A stretch of DNA of 64,000 nucleotides from NCBI GenBank assembly GCA_964658305.1, contig OZ210885.1, positions 18,724,001 to 18,788,000 of the forward strand. The letters are read 5' to 3'. A program made the translations under genes and the position numbers. The notes under the pieces are model-generated. The model did not search any database, was not told the origin of the DNA, and saw only the letters and a list, made by a program, of their open reading frames with translations. The DNA is from Leptogorgia sarmentosa (taxonomy: Eukaryota). Of this stretch, positions 26,898-37,800 are shown piece after piece (position 1 is the first letter of the stretch; every line of letters begins with the position of its first letter).

Positions 26898-28522
26898 ATG
26901 GCTTTTCGCTGGTTGCCTGATGCCGAATGTTTCTTTGAAACTGTAGCGAGAACGTTAGTACGATCAAGGCAACAGTTACGCGTCTGTGATGTAGAGAGTG
27001 CCCAGTATTGGGTCACTAAATTAGAAACGTTGGAAGAGTCGTTTACTATGCTAAAAGCACGAGTCATTCAAGCCTATCCTGAAAGACAAAGGTTACACGG
27101 ACTGGTTGGCAATTTACTACAAGTAATATCGTGGCTAAAGATTCAGTTTGGTGTTACAGCTTTACAAGTTTCCGATCAGGATGTCTCAAGCCAACAAAAC
27201 ACATGTATAAATCGGCTTGTTCGACATACTGGCGAGATTGGTCGGCCTCGATGTGGGAATTCCCTGGAGGAGCATCAGCTACAATTTCTTCGGAATAATC
27301 TTGGCCTTCGATGGGCTGACATTGCGCGATGTTTGGGTGTTTCAGAGAGCACTCTTAGGAGAAGAAGATACGAACTTGGTTGGTTATCGCAAGGAAACTA
27401 TGCAATCATATCCGATGAACGTCTTGATGAACATGTTAGGGCAGTCTTGCAAACAACTCCTCGAATAGGATTGAGGCTTGATGAGAGGGGCACTCCGATC
27501 AAGGGGCCTGAATGTTCAAAGACAAAGGGTCAGAGAAGCCATTGACAGAGTAAATCCTCTTGCTTGTACTGTGCACCAAACACAGTTTATAACACGACGT
27601 ACTTACAATGTAAGATCACCAAATTCACTATGGTAAGAATGATCGTTTTTCTGTGCTTATTTTAAAAATAGTATAAATAAAAATAACAATCAGATCGTAA
27701 CAGGTTGGACAATTGATTTTTTTTCAACTTTGCATGTAGGCACATAGATGGGAACCATAAATTGATTCAACCGTATAGAGTAGTAATACATGGTGGCATC
27801 GATGGGTATTCACGAGTGATTGTTTACCTAAAAGCATCAAATAATAACAGGGCTGACACGGTCGCAAGACTCTTCAGAGAAGGTGTTGTGAGATACAACC
27901 TGCCGTCCAGAGTGTCCAAGGTCTTGAAAATGTAGATGTTGGTAGGATCATGATCGCTGAACGTGGATTAAACAGAGGTAGCATAATAACTGGAACGTCA
28001 GTTCACAATCAGAGAATCGAACGCCTCTGGAGGGATGTAAACAGAGTTGTGGTGAGTCGATTTCTAAACATATTTTTGTATCTGGAAAGCGTACAGTGGT
28101 TGGATCCAGATGATGAGGTTCATCTTATGGCACTCCATTTCATTTATATACCCAAAATAAATGAAGCAATAGAACAGTTTGTGGATCAATGGAATAACCA
28201 TCCTCTTTCCACAGAATCAAATTTCAGTCCCAGGCAGCTTTGGACAATTGGAATGCTAGATACCAGAAATCCAGCAAGCTGTGCTGTACAAGATGTACTC
28301 ACAGGAAATGATATTGACCTATTTGGTATTGATGAAAATGAAGATTACCAAATGCCCCTAATAGAAGAAGAGGAACCAGGAATTGTTGTGCCAACATGCC
28401 CTTATGAGATGACGCAAGAACAGGAGGATGCTCTCCAAAATCTTCTAAGGCTTCATCCAAATGATGAGAATGGAACATTAACATTCTTTGCTATTAGAGA
28501 ATACCTGAAGTCCATATTTTGA
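26898..28522 (+). pseudogene. IS3EU-type transposase (HTH + rve-like DDE core), inactivated
   Basis: [34 protein letters not shown]...HGGIDGYSR...SVHNQRIERLWRDV; intron 27633-27740. Frameshift near 27480 and deletion near 27915. Confidence 0.88.
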
Positions 28523-28841
28523 CTGTAAACTAACTATTACACTGGCCAAACTCAAAGGGAATATCAGAGCGCAAAGCACAAAAAGGTTAACCAACACAAT
28601 ACAGAGAGACAACAGTATTATTTTCAGTGTAGTTTAAATTTTTGTACTCCAAGAGCAATATGAATATATACATTTAAGTAGCAGATGATTCAAACTGAAT
28701 ATTTGGCATAACATGGCTAACAGGTATAATCTTTAGTTTAACATTATTGCACACTTGAACACAACCACACAGCCAAGTCAATCCAAACAAAACAGAACAG
28801 GAACAAAAATGTAAATTCCAGGATACGGCACTTTATAACCC

Positions 28842-31800
28842 TCACATTTTGCCAAATCCATTTTTAGCACAAGCAAGTGCTGTGTCCATTGCGTTGCAGA
28901 AAACTTCATAACTAGCATGAATGGTGGGCAAAAATAAAACCATTGGACAAGTGTTGGCCTCAGGTAACGCCTTCTCTGGTTTTGCTTCCGAGTATCTGAC
29001 TGCCATCAAAGATTTGTCCAAGGGCAATGAGGGACTAGCAGTCCAAAATAACACTAAGTCAGATAGATTCTCATCACTACCACCATCTAGAAAAAAGAAA
29101 CTTATGCTTGATAAGTCTATTAAAGGTAAGGTAAACTTGGGTTGAGGTGAAATTCTAAGTGTTTCACTATGTATACATTAAGTTAACTTCAGATGTCCAG
29201 TATAAATCTCGGGAAGGGGGGAATTGAATGCAAAAGAAAAGTTAGTACAACCTCTTGCCCCTAGTTCGTCCAGATAATTCTCAAAATATGCTCTAGTTTG
29301 TTGACATCCAGAGTTATCAGCATCTGCCTCGTATATGAAATGAGAACGAAGTGTGGCAGCATCAATAATGTTGGCCTCTGGTGCAGGGAAGAATCTCGCT
29401 TTGAGCTCAGGCCATTTTGTCAAAAGATTAATAGACGACTTCCCCAAAACTTTCACACACTCCAATCCCTTTCGTATATCTTCCAAAGCAGGAATTCGTT
29501 TGGTGATGACCTCGTATACCAGGCAGCACTCGTATGCCAAACACCTTGTATTAGCAGTTACACTGATGTGTGGATAACCTGCTGACATGAGGAGATCACT
29601 GATATCATAAGAGCTACCAGGAGTGGTAAATTCACAAAGCATTTCTTCATCACAAACAAGAAGCTGTTGAAAGATAATATTTACAAATAAACATTTTGTG
29701 ATGGCTGGGGATTAACAAAGAGGTCTGTAACATGCATCACATTGTTACGTGGTGCAATCAATGATTTTTCATGCATACTGACATTGTGTACAGTCATTTT
29801 GAGACATTGCCTTTTTGGGTTATGCAATGAAAAATTATGACGATAAATGTACAGTGCCAATATACTTGATTTATAATTAGCAATAATTATTATACCTGCT
29901 TTAATTTATCTTGGTAGACTGGATCAGGGAGATCCTGCAGTGTCAGCTGCTCAACAGCAGAGTCACGACAACCTGAAACAAGGTATGTAACAATCGCTGG
30001 TGATAAACCAGCTAGTCCCATACAGTTGTTAAGAATAGAATGCATAATCATCTTCCCAAGCAATACAAACAAACCACCGGAAAGGATGTCGTAATTATGA
30101 ACAGGAAGAAGATTGCCATTTTTGCCTTCCAATATATTGAATGTTCCACATTGCTTGTTTAAACGTTGCATTAAAAGGTGAAAGTATTCCCTAGTGAGTC
30201 CACCACCATCCAGTCCAGGTTCATCTGTGAAAGAGACACTAAGTGGTTTTGTGATATCAAACGCAGGATTTTTGTATTTTCTGATTGTCTGGTGCAGTAT
30301 GTCAGCATTCCGGTCAATCTCAATCTCCAATTCCTGGCCAAATTTCTTCACTACTGCCGAAACAAAGTTCTGGAGCTTTTCGATACCATTCTCTTTTTCT
30401 TTAAAAACGGAAGTATTGATAAGAGGGGTGTTCATAAGACATTCAATGTCGGAATCATCATCATCAACAGGAACAGCTGGGTCTGTCACAAATGTATTGT
30501 CGGAAACTCTGTTCTTACGCGACAAAACTTTTTTTATTCAACTCAAAGGTACATATACTTTTTCCTAACCCCTCCCGAATCTATCGTTCTCTCTCCCTTC
30601 CGCCGGCTCTCTCCCCCGTTCCCCATACTTCATGTAATGTAAACTATAATGTCAAATAAATCCTACACTCTCCCCCTATTCGATTCTGAAGGAATCAAAT
30701 ATATAGGTCCTGTTCGATTAGTGTTCAATTTCATCTTCCTCCGCGATACTTCTGATCCGTTCCTCCGCGACTGCAGCTGCTTCCCTTCTCGGTCGAAACT
30801 CTCTCGCTTCCACATTCAGAGTTGCTTGTTCCGCTTCTGGTGCTACGGGTGGGTCATCACAGGTCAGTTCCATTGGGGCTAACTGTTGAATGGCACGTTC
30901 CAAATAGGACTTCCCTGCCCTGAGTTTTGCAGCTCTTACCACGCCGTCTTTTCCTTTTATCAACTTGACTACGATACCAACGTTCCACTTTCCACGATTT
31001 CTTTCGTCGTTTTGGATCAAAACCATGTCCCCTACTTTAACACTCGCTTCCTTTCCTTTGTTGTTTAGATTGTGTCGTTCTCTCAGACCATTTACGTATT
31101 CCTTTGTCCATCGAGACCATACCGCGTCCTTGCACCTCGATAAATACTTTGCTCGTCTCCTCAGCTCTACACATTCGCCGTCACACTCTTCTTCGGGAAG
31201 TAGATTAGGTTGCATAAACAGCATTGAATTTGGCGTCAAGGTTGGAAATTGAACATCGTCCTCGACATAACCCAAAGGCCGGTTATTAACCGCTATTTCT
31301 ACATCCAGAATAACCTCTTCAAGCTCTCCCCATCGCAAATTAGCACGACCGATGCTCTTGTATAGTGCTCTTTTTACCAGGCCCACCATCCTTTCAAACT
31401 GGCCTCCCCACCACGGTGCCCTGCTCAGGTTGAACTGCCAAGTTATGTTTTGACGGCCGAGGAAGCTTTGAACCTGCTCTTGTTTCATGATCTTTTTCAT
31501 CCAATTGGCTGTTGCAACAAAAGTCTTCCCGTTGTCTGAATAGATTTTTCTTGGTCTGCCCTTCCTCGCTATGAACCGCTTAAGGCTTCTGATACAATTT
31601 TCAGCCGTCTGATCCGGAAGCAGTTCCAGGTAAATGGCTCGGGTTAGGCTGCAGGCGAACAGAAGAAGGTATGCTTTGCCGATTCTTTTTTTGGTAGATC
31701 TATAGGTAATAGGACCAGCGTAATCTACGCCCAAAACTTCGAATGGTACCGATCCGACTGTTCGATCTGCGGGTAAGGGACCGACGGGGGGGTGGTGGAA

Positions 31801-34800
31801 TGCCGAAGTATGGAACTTTTTGCAGCCATAACATTTTCTTATGACTTTCTTGCTAAGCTGTCTCAATCGAGGTACCCAGTAGCGTTGTCTAGCATAGGCC
31901 ATTGTTGATCCGACTCCCCTGTGAAGGCTTTGAACATGGGCATCATGAACGACTTTTTCGGTTATGAGTGCACTTGGAGGTAGGTATATCGGAAAATTCC
32001 CTTGAATCCTTCCTCGGCATTCGTATAGGCCGTCGGAATTCGGTTGTAGGTTGAGCTTCAACTTATCTTCCTTGAACTGTTCCATTTCACTATTCGCTTC
32101 CATCGCTCTTTTTATCCAAAATTGAATGCGTGTTTCCATTTCTGCTGTCGTCAATTGGCCACATGCCCGCTCAGCCTTAACAGACTTGCAATTACCGATA
32201 AACCTGACAATCCATGCGAAGACTCGCACTGCCTTCCAAAGGCTGTGGTTCTCTAAGAGTTTGTCTAGTTCATCTGTCACACAGGCGGTAGTTACCAACG
32301 GTTCCTTGATGGGCTTCACTTCAGCTTCAGACTCTTTGCTAGGCTTGTTATGTATGTCAGCTGGCCATTCCTTAGAGTTGGATAGCCACCTAGGTCCTGT
32401 CAACCAAGATTCCGGTAAACTCGCTGTCGTGCAACCACGGCTTCCCAGGTCGGCTGGGTTCTCGTCTGTTCTCACGTGTCTCCAATTGATGTATTCCTTT
32501 GCGTTAATCTTCTTGACTCTGTTGGAGACAAATTGCTTGTAGGCACCCCCTCCTTTGATCCAGTAGAGGGCCACTGTGCTGTCCAACCATCCAGTGACTG
32601 ATCTTACGGGGTATCCACTAAGCGAATTCCTTACATTCTCAACCAAGTTAGTTGCCATATGAGCCGAAACTAGTTCAAGTCGCGGGATGGTTAACTCTTT
32701 CTTTGCCAATCTTGATTTTGCTGCGATCAACCCTTGGTTGATGCCCGACTTTTGTTGTACCACCGCATACACGGCTGCTGATGTTCCGTCCTTGCTGGAA
32801 TCTCCGAACGTGTGTAGATCTACGGCTTCGATTGGCTCCTCAACGCTGGTCAGGCTTCGTGGGAAATCTATTTCCTTCGGAAGGTTTTCCAGAAACTTCT
32901 GCCAACGAAACGCCAGCTGTTGCGATATCTCCTCATCCCAAGGCAACTTCCGGTCACATACCTCTCGGTAAATGAGCTTCCCTACGAGTGAGACGGGTGA
33001 GGCGAGTCCCAGGGGGTCGTAGATTGAAGCGAGGAAGCGTAATATCTCTCTTTTGGTTGTCGTTGGTGGTCTCTGGGGAAAGGATATTGAAATTGTGTCT
33101 TTCACCTTGTTCCAGGGAAGTCCAAGCAATTTGGTTTCACCTGGTTGTACCCCAAGTTGGTCCTTTGCGTAACTCTGATCGGAGCGGTTTAGATCGTCGT
33201 TTTCCTCCAGCTCGCGCACATTGGAGTGCCATTTGTGTAAATCAAATTTCGCTTGTCCAAATATCTCCTTCAGTGTTCCTTTCAACTTGCATACACCGTC
33301 TCTAGTTTCTCCACCCAAGATGATGTCATCAACATAGAGGCTTCGTTCAATCTCTTCAACTTCCGAGGGATATTTCTCTCGTAGACCTTCCAAGTGCTGG
33401 TGGATTGTCGCTCCCAACAAGAACGGAGATTGGACAAGACCAAAGAGTGCACGACTGAACCGCAAGACTTCAATTGTCAACGTCTCTTTGTCTTTAATCC
33501 AGTGGAACCTGAGCGAATCTCTATCCTCAGGTCGAATTCTTACTTGCAGGAATGCTTGTTTGATGTCCGCTGACAAGGCTATAGGTTTTAGGCGATTTCT
33601 GACGAGTACGTCCCACAGCAAATTCTGAAGGGGAGGGCCTGTCTCCAGGTGATCATTTAATGATGGACTGCTCTCCGAGGGTTTGGCAGATGCATCATAC
33701 ACAATCCGCATCTTGGTGGATTCTGCGGCCTTCCGGATGACAGGTTTATGTGGGATGTAGTATACATTCCTTCCTGGCTCATCGGTCACTTTCTCAACAA
33801 TCCCTTCCTTCAACTGATCTTGGATGATTTCATGATATTGGTGAAGCATTTCTGGGTTACGTTGCAATTTCTTAACCAAATTATTCAACCGTCCCAAACT
33901 GTTGGATTCATTGGTTGGTAAAGGCTCGTCACGTCGGGGTTTCCATAGCAACCCGGTTTCGTACCAGCCCTCCTCGCTGCGTCGTAGTTGTTGTTTGAAG
34001 TCTTGGTACACCAATTGCTGACTTCCGTTGGGTGGTTCTTGGAGCCCAAGCACATCCAGGCTACATAGCTTATCGTAATCTGTTGCTGAAGACTTGGTGA
34101 AATACACACTGCTGAGATCTGCTTCTTCGCCCGCTGCTATAATAGTCCAACCGAGTGTCGTGAGTTCTCCAACCGGCTCCCCGGGTTGTTCGAGCTTGGG
34201 TTGTGTGTTGGTCTTTATTCTCGCATAGTCGCTAGCTCCCAATATCATGGAAATCGGTAATTCTGGCTTAGTGTCATTGTCGTCCATTAACACATCTTTC
34301 AAATGTTCATACTGATGGATGATCTTGCTGTACTGGGGGTTTGGTATAGACAACAGCACACCCTTGTCGACTTTGCTTGCCTGAGTGTTCATTTTGAAAG
34401 TTCCTTGAACATTGGATACTTTCACGTTGTACCTCTCTATCTTCTGACTGGTAGAACATAACATCATCTCAATTCTCTTGTACTCGGTTTTGTTGGGTTT
34501 CTTGCCCAGGAGCTTAACCAGACCAGCTGAGATGTAAGAGCTCCCAGCTCCTGTATCCAGCAACGCTCTGCATTTTACACCATCGACCATTACAACTACC
34601 ACTGGGTAGATGACTCTGCCCATGCCAGTCACAAGCATAACTTGTTGTGGAACTTGATCGCATATTGATGTGTGGTGCTTGGCCTTGCACTTCAGACAGG
34701 TTGCTAAGCTACGACATTCTGAAGCCCGGTGCTTCAGACCTGTACAGTTGAAGCAACGTTTTTTCGCTGCGAGTTCTTTCTTCCTAGAAGCCACATTCAC

Positions 34801-37800
34801 CACTTTATCACAACCTACAGACTTATGTTGGTCTGAGTTGCAGTATACACAGGGCTTTGGTTTCCATTGCTGTTGGTTGGTTTGGAAGAACCTACTAGAT
34901 TTGACTTTCGAGCCCCCGATCTCGCTCCCCCCATGCTCAGGTTTGTCTTCAACTATGATTGGATTTCTTTCACACCATTTCCTCAGGGCCTCAACCAGTT
35001 GAGGGAAACCCCATTCCTGCCAGTCATCATCCAATCTTACTAAATCGGCACGAATACCAGGGAGTTTGTCAAGGGTTGGTCTGACAAACCCGTTTACTTG
35101 ACTGATCTTTCCCATGGTCTCAAGGGCTTGGGTGTTGGTGACTAACGACTCGAAGAACTCGTGTATTTTCTTGGGTTGTGTCCCCTTAACTGCTGGTAAT
35201 GTTATAATGCCTTGCATGTGGGCATTAGCTACTTCACTTGTTTTCCCATATTTTGCTCTGAGGATAGATTTTGCTCTGAGGATAGATTTAGCCCGTTCGT
35301 ACCCCTCTGTGGTGAACGGAAGACCATCAATATATGTGCGTGCTTTTGGGACTAAGAGTTCTTTAAGATATGACAGTTTTGCAATTTGGCTTATCTCAGC
35401 TTTATCTATCTCAGTCTCAAACTGGCCCCAGAATCTTTGCCAGTCTAGGTGTGTGCCTTGGAACTTAGTGATCACTAGTTTAGGAAGTTTAGCATTGCTA
35501 CCTTTTGTAGTCGATTTCGTCCGTGATTCTTCCATCTTATGCTCGTACACGCGTTTCATTTCTAACTTGGTTTCTTCGAATTTAAGCTCTTCTTCGAAAT
35601 GTAATCTTCGTTTCTCTTGTTCGATTTTCTCTTTCTCGTTTTTGACCTTAGCATATTCTCTCGTAATAGTCTGTCGTACCTCATCGATAACTGCTTCGAA
35701 CCCGGAAACCTTGCTCTCGATTTCAAGACTCCATTCTCTCACTTCCTCTGCTGCATCTCCTTTCTCGATTCTGTTTTGTTGAACTTCGATTTTAAGCTTG
35801 TGTGTTTGTTCGATTAGTTCTTCGAAGACCTTTGCATGACGTTCGATTGCTTTTACCTTGTGACCTTCCAGAACTCTTGGTGTATCCTCTTGAGTAAAGT
35901 TTAACATACGAAGTTTCCCCTCGATTTGGTTTAATAGATCTTGGTCGGCAGTTGCCATTTTCAAAATGGCGGCAATGTTATCTCACAAAGTTTCGATGTT
36001 TATTGATTACTCACGCTATTTATTTCTCGTTCCTTCGTTGTGATTTTCGGCTAAGATCCTGCCGGGGTCGCCACTTTGTCGGAAACTCTGTTCTTACGCG
36101 ACAAAACTTTTTTTTATTCAACTCAAAGGTACATATACTTTTTCCTAACCCCTCCCGAATCTATCGTTCTCTCTCCCTTCCGCCGGCTCTCTCCCCCGTT
36201 CCCCATACTTCATGTAATGTAAACTATAATGTCAAATAAATCTTACAGTATAATTGAATTACAGTCAGAGTGTATTTGTATGTAATATGTTGTAAGCACA
36301 TTGTAGTATTAAAACTGGTGTGAATATGATATCAGGACAAACACCTCGAAACTCTGAAACAACAGCTTGCTCTTTAATTTTACTTTAATTTACAAATTAA
36401 ATTTGTGTGGTAAAAATTTTACAGTGTATATTTATGTTGTCTACATAGTTATACATTTTATTCAGTGCAAGTTATTTTTCAAACTAAGATGATACAATTG
36501 GCATAGCACATACCTTTATCTGTTTCCCCAAGGATAATGGTAATTGCACCCTCAACATTCATGTTGCTATCCATTAGTGCCTTTGTAATTTTCTCTTGTT
36601 CCAAGTTAGGAAACATGTCCCTAACAACTTCCTCACACTTGCTAAGTAATGTTACTGATGTATCAGTGGAGCTGGTTGAAGCAATATTGCCTCCTTCAGG
36701 CAACTGGGATGTTACAGCAGCTGGCTGAGCACAAGTAGTTGTGGATTCAGAAGCAGCAACCAGAGGCTTGGTTGGATGCGATGTTTTTTGGGACAACTGT
36801 ATAGTTGGTCTTTCCATGTAACTTCTTACATCATTCATAGGTGTTTTAAACATACTTGGCATTAACTCATCATCACTCAAGTCAGAAAAATTCTCATTCT
36901 AAATTGAATAAAAAAATATATTTCTCCCAGTTTCTTCAGTTTCTTGACAATATATTTCTTATCAATCAAAAAACTGATTTATTGCTCAACCTATATTTAT
37001 TTACTATACTTTAATGTAATTGTTGAATACCTCTAGCCCATTTACAGATCTAGTATGGATATATACAGGTCTGTTACCAGCGATGTGCTTGAGGACTTTT
37101 CCATTAATGGTTTGTTCCTCTGGCAAGTTAATAGGTACAATTGACGTTCCTGAGGACTTTACAAAATCAAAACTAAAAATAGGTACACAAAGTGTACATG
37201 TATCTGCGCCTATGTAGCTTGGCTACCAGCAATGTATAAAATGATTTATTGCTAGGGAATAGGCGAATAGCGCAAATACTTATTTCTTTTTTGACGTGAG
37301 GTTGTGCATGGTTAAGACGTGAGACGCATTCAATACTTGATATAAGCTTTCATGACTTCTCGCATTCCGGAATTCGCGCGATTCATAACAAATTGCATAA
37401 TGAATTTAAACTTGACGAAATATGATATCGCATTTTATGCTATTGCGTATTTAAAATAGAGACACTGAGACAGCGCTTTGCGATTGTTTGTGAAAAATGT
37501 GGCTTTCTAAAAACCAAATTTACTCTTTTCATAACCATATTATAGTAATATATTTATATGCGCTATATTCCATCCATTCATGCAGTATTTGCCTAGACGC
37601 TCAAGTGTATGATCGGTATGCGCGTAGGTTCAAAACAGAATACTTGAAACTATATATGATTTCGTTTGTTTTGTCTCGCGCTTAACAAATAAAACGTGTT
37701 TCATTACAAGCTCATTTCGCTCATTTCGCTGTGTGTGTTTAAGGTAATACAATGTATAATTTGCGTTATGATATTTCTGCTTTGATGATCTAAATTCCAT

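Larger units (their letters stand above)
30498..36247 (-). mobile_element. Intact BEL/Pao LTR retrotransposon, 5750 bp
   Basis: Two TG...CA LTRs, GTAT on both sides, PBS, PPT and a single 1748-aa ORF. Confidence 0.97.

Noticed and set aside
32126..35782. Plus-strand ORFs of 100-220 aa within the BEL element
   Set aside because: Antisense shadows of the gag-pol frame with no recognisable motifs.
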